From: Pocillopora damicornis
Lineage: Eukaryota
Direction: 5' to 3'
Length of the DNA: 64,000 nt
Assembly: GCF_003704095.1 (NCBI RefSeq)
Contig: NW_020843670.1
Location: forward strand, 124,001-188,000
In this document: positions 1 through 12,400 of the stretch, one piece after another
Layout: every line of letters begins with the position of its first letter
How positions within the stretch are numbered: position 1 is the first letter of the stretch
Notes under the pieces: model-generated
Told to the model about the DNA's origin: nothing
Seen by the model: only the letters and a program-made list of their open reading frames with translations
Database searches by the model: none
Translations under genes and position numbers: made by a program

Positions 1-56
1 TATCATTAAACTGCTATTTTTAAAATCAACATTACTGCATCATCATTATTTCAAAG

Positions 57-3000
57 GCCTGCATTGAAAAGAGGAGGCAGCACAGCCATTATAAATGAAA
101 TTATTAGGTGAGTATCATACCGACTCGTATAATGTGATATGTGTTCGATGTTTGCACTTAGTCTAGAAAATTACTGAATAATGTCTGTATTGAACTCTAC
201 GCTTACATTGATATTATTTTTTAGTGTTGCCAGTTAAGTAGTGCGAGGTTTTTTGCCTTTTTGTGTTGCATTTCAAGTAGAAAAGTAAAAATTGATATAA
301 AGGCATTGTATTTTGACCCTTTAACTCTCAAGATCTGATTGTGAGGTCTTCCCTCAAGCTGATGCACATTTCTATGTTAAATAGTCATGAGAATTTGGTA
401 TTAGATCAAGATAGCAACCTTTACCTGAGTATTCTTATTTTCTGTTTGCTGGATAAAATAAGGCTGTCATGGGAAGAAATTACATTTTAATTACTTTGGA
501 TAGTTAAGGTGCTACTATGACAAAAAATTTTGCTTTTCTTTTTGTCATCTTTGAACAACGATTTGGTAAAAATGTTTAGACTTCTACAAAACCCTAGTTT
601 TAAGGTCGATGAACGCAAAATAAGCCTTGAAATAGATGGCCAATTTTTGCTTCTTATAAATGGCATAGAAAATGTTGGTTTGTTGAGATGCACGTGTGAT
701 ATCATTATGGAAAAGCTTGAATTAGTGCCAACTCTTTTTACTGTACACAGCTATTCTTGAATTGAGTAATGACAGGCGACCAACATAAAAAAACATGGTT
801 TAAATAATTGAACTTCCCGTGCAAATATTGGATTAAAACTTGGCATGGTAAGTGTTTCTTACTTCTAGTCTCCAGGAGTGAAAAAAAAACAAAATAAAGG
901 AAAATGTGAAACTTCAATCATAGTAGCACTTTAAGGGGTTAAAGCCAAACACATTTAAATCCACTAGATCATGATGTTGAATTTCTTCTTCAACCATTCC
1001 CCATTTAGTTATATTCATGAGAGAAAATACATCTTTATCTTGTTAAGAAGTCTTCCACATAATTATTTTGAAATATTAGAAGACATGATGTCATGTACCT
1101 AATGTTATGGGTAATTGTTGTTGCTTTTAGAAATCTCCAGACTGCTGAGTCATGCTGACTTGCATACCATAGAACTTTCCAGAACATTTCATCGGGTCAC
1201 ACATTTATTATGTAAAACTACCAAAATAGTTCTTATGTAAGCTTCTGGAGTGTTCCAGAACTTTGTGAATATATGTAAAGACTCACTTATGTAGTAGTAA
1301 GAGCAGTTGTTGTTGGAGCGACGACTGTTTCGAAAGCTATACTGAGAGAGAGTTACTGCAGCAGAAGATTGCTCACTTCGAGGAACTTTGGAGACAGCAG
1401 TGAGATTGTGTCAATGGTGAACTAGGATATAGACTGTGGTGGGCTTAATTAATTGTATTAATGATAAGTATTGTACTGCTTTGAGGAGTTGCTCCTTGTA
1501 AAGAACATTACTACCTGTTTAATAAAGTAGTTGAGTTTGTGGGATTGTAGTGTTTTTCTGTTAGTTAGATCATACTGTAACACTAACACAAGCAATATTT
1601 CAAATTTCTTCAATTTTGTGTCTTTTGCGATTGCAAAATAATCCTGAAATTAAAGACCAGCAAATAGAAACCCTTACAAAATTTACTCCCCTATGGAATA
1701 TTCAAATCACAGAAAAAAAGATCAACATGTAACAACAACAACATATACAGGATATATAGACAAATACACAAATTGTTTACTGGTTGTACTTGTAAGTTCT
1801 GTTTTGTATTCTCTTTTGAGAAATGAAGTCAATTTGCAAAGATTTCTTATATGAGTAGAGTATCTAGTTACAGCTGTATCATTTTTGTTTGAATTGCCAG
1901 ACTCAAACAAATTCTCTTGATCTTTCATGCAGTTGTCCAAAGTTAAGACATTTTTAAGAATAAAATGAAGTTTAGAACTAAAGAAAATGCCCTTCTTTCA
2001 TATTTGCCTATTGAAATTGTCAAAATGAAACCATCACTAGATACTTTCATGCCAAAACTAAGTACTTGCGAAATTAAATACCAAGAAGGGTCAAGTCAAG
2101 TCCACCCATAATGAAGAAACATTTCAAGAAACCTTCCTCTGTAAAAAACAGCATTTTCCCTTTTCAGGGTACTTGAACCACTTCAGTTTGAACAACTGTG
2201 CACTAAATCAAGGAGAGCCTCAGAACAAAATGAGAAAGATATAGTAAAGCATCTGAGATCAGGCCTTCTCTTGGGCCTCTCGAATGTTATAAAAGCTTTG
2301 GAAAGAGGAACTGTCAGATTAGTGTTGGTAAGACAAAAAACATTTCTATTACCATTTTTCATTACCATTGTGTGACTATGAATGAGAAAGTTTTTGGAAC
2401 AGGCTTTTCTAAATGGCATTTATATTGTCTTGCTCTCCAATGCTGGTGGCCTAGAGTTATAAAATTATATTTTGAAGTTAATATGTTGGCTGTCAGAATA
2501 TGAAGATTGTATGGGTATAAGTGCATGATAGGTTTATTTACTACTGACTGCACATTATCCCTTCAATTATTTCCAAATAGTGTAACCTGTCACCGCATGA
2601 CTGATCAAATATATTGCCCAACCTTCAGCTTCAACAAATACGTAATTTATCTGCTTGCCACTGGTAGATCAACATTTCTTGATTGTCCCCAATTACCTTT
2701 TCTTTGCAAATAACCAAAAAAGGCTAGTTGAAACTGAAATCTTTTCTGTGTAATTGATTGTTGTTTCTGTGTAAATGTTTATGAGGTTGGTTTAGCCTTC
2801 CTGTAAGAAGTGGAAACTGGATACTTTTATGGACTAGGTTCTCCTTAATTTCAAGGTTGATCACCATATTGAGCCACCTGCTCTTCTTCAGCATATTCTC
2901 CTCCTGTGTACAACAAGGAAGGTTCCTGCTGGTGCCATATTTGGTATGAGTAACTCAAGAGTTCCACATGTGCTTGGGGTGCGCAAGTTGGCAGCTTTTG

Positions 3001-4011
3001 CTTTTAAGGTTGGTTAGCTAGGAAGTCAATTGTGAGCTTAGCATGGCCCCCTTCATTTGATTTTCCATGATTTGTCCTCCAAGAGTTTGCAAGTGTCAGG
3101 TGCAATTAAAAGAAAAGGTCTACTTCAAAATTCTGGATTGGTTTTCTAACTTTCATTTTGATTTATACTTTGCTAATTGTGCAGTTTAATTTACACCCAA
3201 TGTATGCTATCTTTTGTCCTTGGCAAAAGAAAGGTTAAATCTGACTCAATGTCCACAGGTAATTTCATCATTTATATCTCTGCATGATGAAGCCAAATTT
3301 TTTACTTGATAATTTATTTGATTTGTAGTTCATCCTGTAATAATTTTGTGCAAGGATTCTTTGATATCTCTTTCTCCTTTTAAGAACACTGAAGTTCCAA
3401 CAATATATGATGGTTTGGTTGACTATATCACAACTAAAATTCTGCCTCTTGATGTACCTTGGCTTCTCTCAAGTGGAGAGCAAAGAGAAACTCCTACTGC
3501 CATATACACTGCTGAGGGAGCGGATTCTGACAAAAAACAATTTCCAGGTATCCAGGATATGGAGTTTGAAATGGGAGAATATGATGATGGCAAAAATGGA
3601 AATTTGCCCACAGGTGAAAGCAAATCAACAATTTTGCAAGGTGCTGGAGATTCCAGTGGTAATATCTCAAGCAATGATGAGGCCAACAGAATTTTACCTG
3701 GGACAAGTGCTTCCTTTGTAAGTTTGCAAGATGCTAATGTTAACATATCACTCGCTGATGGAAGCCCAGCATGTAGTGACAGTACGGTTCTCAACTCATC
3801 AGATGTCTGTACAGACAGTAATTCCAAATTGCATCGTAGTGGCAATTGTATTAGCAATTCACAAGGTAATCCTGATGATACACAATGTAGCAGTGATGCC
3901 AAATCAAATAGAGATAGCAGCAAAGGAAGAAGATATGGACAGTCAAGTTTAGTTTATTTAAGACCTTTTGTAAAGAGCTATACGGTAGAGAAGGACAAAC
4001 TCTCCAAATAG
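57..4011 (+). CDS. RPP38: RNase P/MRP subunit p38-like protein (L7Ae family), 5'-partial; exons 57-107, 2168-2327, 2856-3008, 3385-4011
   Basis: GT-AG exons join in phase to give PALKRGGSTAIINEIIR-VLEPLQFEQ...LLLGLSNVIKALERGTVRLVL-VDHHIEPPALLQHILLLCTTRKVPAGAIFGMSNSRVPHVLGVRKLAAFAFK-NTEVPTIYDGLVDYITTKILPLDVPWL. This has the L7Ae pattern GxxxVxKALExG..LVLV plus the 'A(F/L)AFK' and 'VPWL' motifs I recall from RPP38. Stop at 4009-4011, AATAAA near 4074. The first exon(s) lie upstream of the window. Confidence 0.82.
313..510. mobile_element. Short MITE-like repeat with (TTAA)CCCTTT...AAAGGG(TTAA) ends, decayed copy
   Basis: Begins ttgaCCCTTTAACTCTCAAGATC; internal sequence resembles the copies at 4332-4541 and 19730-19934. 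The right end is degenerate. Confidence 0.5.
1103..1582 (+). mobile_element. Solo LTR (Ty3/Gypsy-like), 480 bp
   Basis: Termini TGTTA...TAACA (5-bp inverted, TG..CA), flanked by the exact 4-bp target-site duplication CTAA (1099-1102, 1583-1586), with internal AATAAA at 1521. Lies in an RPP38 intron. Confidence 0.8.
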
Positions 4012-4045
4012 TTTATCAGTGTTTTGACTATTGCTCCTATCGCTG

Positions 4046-4070
4046 ATTGTTGTTGTTGTTGTTGTTGTTG
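4046..4070. repeat. (TTG)n microsatellite in the RPP38 3' UTR
   Basis: About 8 TTG units immediately before the AATAAA. Confidence 0.85.
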
Positions 4071-4331
4071 GAAAATAAATTGAATTGTAGCTGACCTGCA
4101 AGTATCATTTTTTTAGTTAATTATTATCTGCAAGTCAAAATGTGATTTATTTCATTTGATTTTGATCAGATTCCTTTATGAAGAAGGAACAAAGAACTTA
4201 CTAAAATTTGGCTCCCTCATAAGTTGTGGTTCACTAGTTCATTTGGCCAAGAACCTAACTAGTATCTGAGAGGCACAGGCTCGAAACCCACGAAACCTGA
4301 ATTTGTCAAGCCTCTTCTTTTCTGTAATCTC

Positions 4332-4541
4332 TAAACCCTTTACACCCTAATATTAGAATGCATGTTCTCCGTACTGTTCCCTGTGTATTTGCTAAAGTGC
4401 TGATGGAGAATTAGTTATCAATCAAGAACTCCTTCAGTTGGTGATCGTTTCCTTTATTCTTGTGACCTGAATGTTTTATTCAGGGGTGATTTTTTTAAGG
4501 AGAAGTTGGATGCCAATCACCCTTAGGAGTTAAAGGGTTAA
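4332..4541. mobile_element. piggyBac-like MITE (CCCTTTA...TAAAGGG, TTAA-type flanks)
   Basis: taaaCCCTTTACACCCTAA ... TTAGGAGTTAAAGGGttaa imperfect terminal inverted repeats; about 200 bp; related copies at 313 and 19730. Confidence 0.6.
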
Positions 4542-5029
4542 ATTGCAGTTCACCTGCAAGGATCACTTCTTTTACTTGGATAAAAATATCTAAACTTGTG
4601 GTAATGCCAATTTATCAGGATTAGGGGTGGGAGAGTCCAGCTAACATCATCTGCTAAAGCAACAGAGCCGTTTCCTTGACAACTGCAAACGATGGTTCAA
4701 CTCGACCCACATATCCGCATATAAATCAAATTGGGCCATAGAGCGCTTTTCGATTGAGTGCTGCAAAACTAAATCCAAACTTAGTTACCAAGCAGAATAA
4801 ATGATGCTATCACAAGGGGCTGATGAGGAACCCAAGTGAAAACAAGTTAGCAGCCTGAGGGGCGAGAAATCAGGGCCGCACTTCAGAACAAGACGTGTCA
4901 AGTTTCAAGCGCTGAATGCGTGAGCCGCCAGGGGGGTCTGGGGGCATGCATGGTCCTGTAGTTCTCTACTGTGAATTAATTCTTGATTGGCTTGCTATTT
5001 ATTCTGGATAGGCAGTAACTCACTGACGC

Positions 5030-5164
5030 CATTAGTTTTCGCTCTGACGAATTAGTTTTCGCACTGTCGAAGGGCTAATACTCGAAGCGTTGGCTTTGCA
5101 ATTCTTGCGGTGTTCAATTTACGTTATCAACTAGTTGATAATACCAAATTACCCTGTTATACTA

Positions 5165-5196
<32 letters not shown>

Positions 5197-5210
5197 CACT
5201 TACTCCCTTG
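5030..5210 (+). repeat. Dispersed repeat with a decayed hammerhead-like core (Penelope-type terminal repeat?)
   Basis: CTGACGA (5044) duplicated as CTGTCGA-AGGGCTAATACTC-GAAGCGTT, resembling the minimal hammerhead layout CTGANGA-stemII-GAAA but with core substitutions. Confidence 0.35.
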
Positions 5211-6074
5211 ACACCATTAGCCAACTTGCCGTATTTTGCGTGCTTCGCCTATTACAATTCTTAGTCCGTAATAATGTACTCAATGTGGGTAGTTGGACAG
5301 GTGGTCAGGAATGATGACTTCGCGTAAGGTCGCAAGGGCAAATTATGTTTGTGGTGTGGTGGCTTTTGACAGACTGCTGATTTTCATTCAAAGAAGAACG
5401 AGTACTCTTCTCATCGCATTGTGAACATTTCTCTGCATGGATAAAGAACGGGAACGTTAGGAGAGAAGAGATTGAGACGAAACGCGGACGAGACAGAGTG
5501 TGTCTGTCTCTGTAGTGAAGCTCGACCCAGCCTCTTCTAGTGATACTTCATTACGTTACTTTCAAATGCCCAATTCAGTTTATAATTCGTAAAATGGTTG
5601 ACGGAAGGAATTTCTTTCCCATCCACGTTCCTTACTTTATCTATTCTTGGAAGTTCTACCTTACCTTAGCTTCCATTTAGGGAGATGTAGAAGAAACGGA
5701 TCGAAAGAGTTGATAGTCAAACAGCTAATCATGATCACCTGTTCACTCACAGATCAAAGCCCTGGTCTCGAAATTTTAATGTAAACGTGGTCTCAACCTC
5801 AACTTTCAAAACTGCGTAACAAAATACCGGTAACATGAATTTTATTTCGCAACAGTTGAGAACTATCCAACGAAGTGGTGGTGGATAGTGGTGGTTTCAC
5901 CGACCGAAGAATGGAAAACAATCTTTTGACGCGCAATTTTGTTTCAACCGGCTGCTAGGAGGTGATTAGTAAGAGCTATTCACTTCCCAACTAGCCAATT
6001 TTCTGTTCGTGACCAATAAAATGCGACACTCTCGTTCTCGTTAACTTTGATTCCGGTATGTTTGCAGATTCATT

Positions 6075-6285
6075 TAGTCAAACACTGGTGTCTAAATTCG
6101 GACCAGTTTAGAGCCGAAATCGGGTCCTACTGTCAAAAATCGGACACCAGTGTTAAAAACCGGACACCACTGTCTAAAATCGGGCAGTAGAGTCCATGAT
6201 CGGACACTAATATATAGTGTCAAACGTCGAACACTTGTGTTCTACTTAAACGCTAGTGTCCAAATGCGGAAAATCGAACACTAGA
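6075..6285. repeat. Degenerate ~21-bp minisatellite (AAATCGGACACYAGTGTC-like)
   Basis: Repeated cggacacc/ggacacta/gaacact...agtgt cores at roughly 21-nt spacing upstream of cortactin. Confidence 0.65.
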
Positions 6286-6293
6286 CTGCCGCT

Positions 6294-6427
6294 AGCGATC
6301 AGCGGTTTCACAAAATATCACGTGACTTGAAGGGTTGTTAGCAAGGCAGTTTGCTGTCTAAGCGATCAGCGGTGTCACAAAACATCACGTGACTTGAAGG
6401 GGAGTGAGCAAGGAAGTTTCCTGTCCA
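6294..6427 (+). promoter_or_regulatory. Cortactin proximal promoter: 67-bp tandem duplication, each copy with a TCACGTGAC E-box
   Basis: AGCGATCAGCGG...TCACGTGACTTGAAGGG...GCAAGG.AGTTT.CTGTC occurs at 6294 and 6361; palindromic TCACGTGA at 6318-6325 and 6385-6392, 100-175 bp before the ATG. Confidence 0.6.
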
Positions 6428-6492
6428 TATCAAGCTCGTTACGTTCAGCATTCTTTCACATAGATAAGTCCCTAGATTTATCGGCCAGAATA

Positions 6493-9400
6493 ATGTGGAG
6501 AGCAGGGGTTGACACCAAGATGAATTTAGGTAGTGCTGGAGATGATGATGACTGGGAAACAGATCCTGACTTTGTGGTGGGTGCCGAACCGAGAGTGACT
6601 TCCTCTTCGTGTTTGAATTATTTCAATATTTAATCACTTTTATACACGACTTTCAGTTGACTATGGCAAGGTACCTTTCAACTTAAGCTTCCAGTTACAA
6701 TTTGATTCATATAAAGTGATCTATTAGTATCTTCAGCATAACGAGTCGATTTACTCTTTCAGCTCCGTAAGAGCTTAATTTTAGAATCACTAATCTCCAC
6801 AAAACAATCACTTGCTCACTTTCTGACATGTTCAGTTTCCAGGGATATTTATTTACGTCATACGAGATTAAAAGAAGAAATATTTCAGCAGATCAAATCT
6901 TTTAATGTTGTTTAATCTCGTTTATGATTGCACATATGTCCCCTTTAGATACAACAACGATTGCTTCATTAATTGGTTTAACAGAAAATCCCAAATAAAT
7001 AAACATTACTCCAGCCAAGTAGTGATGGCTTCAGGGAAGATGTCCAATTTTGTCAGGATATTTTTATTTATATCATTTCCTATTTGGTCTTTTGCAACAG
7101 ATGGTAGAATTAAGTTCTAGATGCAATGCAGGTATTAATGAACAGCTTTTAATGAAGACCTTTCATTAAGTCATGGCATGCTTGCTATCCAGAAGTAAGT
7201 TTCTTATGGCAGCATGATTTATTTTGGTAGAATGATGTTTCTGAACAAGAACAAAGATGGGGAGCCAAGACAATTGAAGGATCTGGACATCAGGAGTCTC
7301 TGAAGTAAGTATATAATAATTAATTTAATTGTGGATATACAGTGTAGTTGAAAAAGTGTGAGGCAATTCAGTTGAACCTTGATTATTCAGACTTGTGGAG
7401 AATACTGTATTCCAGATAATTAAGAGTCCTAAAAATCATAATATGAATATTAATGAGTCAAAAATAAAATTGAATGCTTGTCATTTAATCAATATTATGC
7501 AAGAATTAAAGGACATTCTCAAATCATTGTGCACCATAGTCAAAATCTGCTCAAGTATTGACATAGATAATTTACTACCTGGATTGCTGATGTAAATCAG
7601 TTTGTTTCAAGCTGCTACAGCATGTGCATGCTGCTTATTTCATCATTCTCTGAAGCTGCATCTAGGAAAAGCATAAATTTTGAATGTGATTAATTACTAT
7701 TTGTGAAAAAATTGGACCATAAGGGCAAGTCCAAATAATTGAGCTTCAACTGTATATAAGATCACTTGAGTTACTTTCTACTCATTGACTGAGTAAGGGC
7801 CAGATGTGAAAATGTTGACAGCACAACACACGGTGTTAGTAGAGTGAGGTCTATACATGATAACCAAGGTCCAAGCATGTCTATTTTAGTGTCCAGCTCT
7901 ACCTAACTAAGTAGATTAGCACAAGTCATTTTATTGCTGTTATTTCTCTTTCTTCCTTTCTTTTTGCACATCACAAGGCCTTCTATATTGCCACACTTGC
8001 CCAAGTCATCTTAAACCTTCCTCATACTGGGATTTTTTTGTGTTTCTATGAAAGCGCACTTAGAGTCATACAGGTCACATGTTAAACTGTTACTATTAAT
8101 TCAGCCAGCCAGCTGGCAAGCAAGAAGTGATCTTTATCCCCAATCTATGTTGATTGATGTAATTTTTATAGAAATACTTTGTTCAACTTGTTAGTACTTA
8201 ATATTTATACTCCTTGGATGAGAGAAGAACAGGGGGTGGAAGAGGAGAGAAAGAGAGAAGTGTCTCGCTTAATTATTCAACAAATTTTTCCAAGCCAGGG
8301 CTTAATTTTGGACCCTTAAAGTGGGGTCTTGTACACTACCAATTGGGATACCACGTTTTGTACATCCTTGGCTTAGACCAAGGGAGCAGGCATTGGATAT
8401 TTAAAAGGATGCTGGTGCTAATTTAGAAGTAAAAGTTAAACTTGGTTTCGATTGATAATGTGAAATGCAAATATTGGTACTGGCTTTTTATTTTACTGTA
8501 AGGAAAAGTAGAAGGAAATTAACTTTCAATCATAAAAATGTCTGTGAATATATGAAAGTCATATAATTATGTGAACTGCGCATAAAGACGTGCATATGAA
8601 AGTCATATAATTATGTGAACTGCGCATAAAGACGTGCATATGAAAGTTATTTTCGGGGGCAATTACAGGGTTCAGGGCATTACAGGCCTGAATTTTTTCC
8701 AGGCCTTATTTCACCACTGCCTAAGTAGTGTTCATTACTGCAAAGATTGCTTTCATATTCAATTATAAAACTGTCAATTAAAACTGCAAAACCAAACAAA
8801 ATAATTTACACTTACCTAGAGTCAGCTTAATCATGTTTCCAACAAGCTAGAAAAATATTAAAGACTAGAATAACAAATTATAAAGTATATATTAGAGTGT
8901 AATATGATCTACATGTAGGAGATGATATGGAAATGGCTTAAATGATATCAAACTGTATTTGACGTAAAACCCACGCCATTCTTGATTGGAGGTTTGGTGC
9001 ATGGAAATAAGGGTACTGGTGTCCAATTACATGTAAGGTGCATGCAGGAGCAAGCAATACTTAAAGACGTCAATGATGCTAGTTCAGTTGAGTGTAACAT
9101 AACCTGAATATAATATGCATCTACCTTCTTGTTAGTATAAAGGATCTTCGAAAAGGTGTAGCACAGGACCATGCAAAGATTAAACAAGGTGAGGAACTTG
9201 TTACTAGGTAATTGTTGTGGTGATGGTCATGTTCGCCTTGCTCTTTCAAAACCAAGTGACCTTTCCAAAGAGGATGCGTTGGCTCTAACTATACATTTTG
9301 AGGTGCAACATGTCTCACATCAGTAGAGTTCTCAGTGTTTCTGTATTGTGATTGATTAAGAGAGCTTGTCTGCAGTAAAACATCTATTTACTTGTAATGT

Positions 9401-12400
9401 TTTATTTACTAAGAGTCTTCTTAAGAGAATACCATAATCAGTAAGCTTCTCATTAAAGTCTGCCTCCATTTCTTTTTTCCTTTTACAGATGAAAGTGAGA
9501 GAGGGTATCCTTTTGATAACAGTTTTAATTCACAGATCTGTGCAAAACTGGCAATGAAACAACTGTAAGTTATACATCCATTATTAACAATAGTTTGTAC
9601 TGTACATGATTGAATAACTGAGGACAAGCAAACAAGAGGACAGCTTTGTTTATGTTTATTTTAGGGAGCTACATGTAGCAAGAGTGGGATGCAGGGGCTT
9701 AATGTTTGGTGTGCTGACCTCTGGGTCAAGAGGTCTAGTTTCAAGCCCTGGCCAGGCTATTCTGTTGTGTTCTTGGGCTAAACATTCTACATTCACAATG
9801 CTTCTCTCCACCCAGGAGTATAAATGGACACCAGCAAATTTTCAGGGAAGCCTGTTCAAATGCTGTGGGTAACCTTGTGATGCACTGGCATCCCATCTAG
9901 TGGGGAGTAATAATACTCCTAGTCGTTTCATGCTAAGGAAACTGGGATAAGTTCCTGTTGTGTTGGTTCCCAGTGTGCATGCATGACATACATGATGACA
10001 ATTAGCTCCTTTGGAAAAGTCTCAGATGTATATTCAATATCTTTGTATTACATGTATTACATTATATGTCTGTACAAGCATGATAAACGATTGGGCAGAA
10101 AATTCTTTCCTTGACTAATGGAATAGTCCTAAAGCTTCCTATGGTTATGGTGGGAAGTTTGGAGTGCAAAAAGACAGAATGGATCAGGTATGGGTCAGAA
10201 GGTTTTTGCTGTGAGAGTCATGTTTTGCTTCTTAGTATTTCTATTGAATATTGCTTTTGGTGATTTCTTGTGGTGAATTTTTCAAAGCAGTTAAAACTTT
10301 CAGCTTTATTAGTCTCATTATAATCCATGCAATTAGGAGTGTGAAGACTGTATATCTGAAAACATGCAATACATGTTCAGCAAACATTGTTTGCATGTAA
10401 AAATAATTGCACATTTAAGTACTCTTCTGTGATCCGTGTTACTTTTCCTTCTAGTTGCTAACTATGTATATCATAGATTTGAGGATATATGATAACTTAT
10501 TCTTTTTGTAGTCTGTCGTTGGATTTGACTATGAGGGGAAGGTGGAAAAGCATGTATCACAAACTGGTAAGTGTGTTTAAAGTGATATCCTCCTTGGTCA
10601 ATGGGGAGTTAAAATCCAGACTTTTGAGTCTCCATTCACATCCAACCCTCAGTTAGAATGAAGTAAGATCCATTGTAATAACCATAACTGTGTGAAATTC
10701 AGGCAACACCTTCAGGTTGCTGGTTGATACCTACCAGTAGTGGGTATCAATTTGATCTTTTGGTTCTATTAAAAGGTTTGAAAGTATAGAGGGTTTTTAT
10801 TTTCATACAGCAGTAAATTAAACTTAGTAAATTAATTTACTGCAAAATTCACATGTTTGTCACCTTCAGATAACTGTTAATTTTTAACATGACTTGCATT
10901 CATAATTAATCACATACAGCACTGTAAAGTGAATGGGCTTTTTAAAGGGTATCCAGTCAAGTCGCCGACGGTTCAACTCGCCAACGCCAACTCACTGACG
11001 TGTAAAATCGAGTAGAGACGTTGGCAAGTTGGTCTTCAATCCAGTACAACTTATTAGAAGACAGACATATAGAAAAGTGAAAGATATTTAGGGAAAAAGC
11101 AATTTTGTTTGCTTCCAACAAAGTTTTAAGGATTTCATGGGGAATAAAGCAAGGTAAACATCACCAATGAATATAAAAGCTTTAGGCACTAACGAGTTGT
11201 GTGACAATACTGTAAAGACTCATCATGTCAGTCGATCAGATTATTTTAAGAAAACTTGGCTTTCTAGACAAGATCTTTCGTAGAAAACACAATTCTTTTT
11301 ATTTCCAAAAAAGTTTATAAGGATCTCAAGGCGAAGAAAGTAAGGTAAACATCGGCAATGATCGAAAAAGCTTTAGACGCGAACAAGTTATTGTGTGACA
11401 ACCCCAACTACCAGGCGGAATGATATGTTTTTTTAACTTTAAAGAATGATTTATTCATAATCGAGAACGTTTGATTTACAATAAGATTTAATGTATTATA
11501 AAGATCAAGTGAACATGTGAAAGCTATGCATATCATGTGATTATTCTGCTCTTGAAGGTCCGTTTAATCTCGACATTGATTTCAATAATTGGGCTGCTGT
11601 CTTTTCACCATTCTCATATTTCACACAACAACTCATTCGCGTCTAAAGCTTTCTTGGTTATTGGCGATGTTCCCCTTGCTTTATTCGCCTTGAGATCCTT
11701 ATAAACTTTGTTGGAAATAAAAAGAATTGTTTTTTTACTAAAGATCATGTCTAGAGAGCCAAGTTTTTTTAAAAAAATCTGACTGATTGACATGAAGAGT
11801 CTCCACAGTGTTGTTGTCACACAATAACTCGTCTGCTTCTGAAGCTTATACATTCATTGGCGACGTTTACCTTGCTTTATTCGCCATGAGATCCTTATAA
11901 ACTTTGTTGGAAGAAAACAAAACTGTTTTTTTTTACTAATTATCTTTTACTTTTCTGTATGTTTAACTTTTAACTTTTAATAAGTTGTACTGGATTGAAG
12001 ACCAACTCGCCGACGTCTCTACTCGATTTTATACGTCGGCGAGTTGGCGTTGGCGAGTTGAACCGTCGGCAACTTGACCGTAATTCTTTTAAAGAAACCA
12101 ATTTGTTAAACATACTCATGACAACAGACACAGTTGTTAAAAAAGCAAGAAGTGTTCTTGCAGCTATAGTAATCAATGTTACACTCACAAACAAAGTTTT
12201 TCTAAAAGGGCTGAATCACTCTTGAGCAAACTCCTTTGGGAGTCCTTCCTTTCAAGGGATCACTTCTAGGATTTGTAATGGTACATGTATCTACAAAAGA
12301 ACCATGAAATTGTCTTAGTGGCTTCTATTGTTTATCTTGATAGACTATTCTACTGGATTTGGTGGCAAATATGGTGTTCAGAAGGACAGAGTTGACCAGG

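Noticed and set aside
3407-3952. Overlapping ORFs (3407+, 3423-, 3494-, 3731+)
   Set aside because: Alternative or antisense frames of the RPP38 last exon with no independent support.
6075-6285. CRISPR-like spaced repeats
   Set aside because: Units are degenerate and adjacent with no unique spacers, there are no cas genes, and the context is a spliced animal genome.
11614-12225. ORFs within the foldback element as a transposase
   Set aside because: Short, no DDE or other recognisable motif; they derive from the TIR arm.
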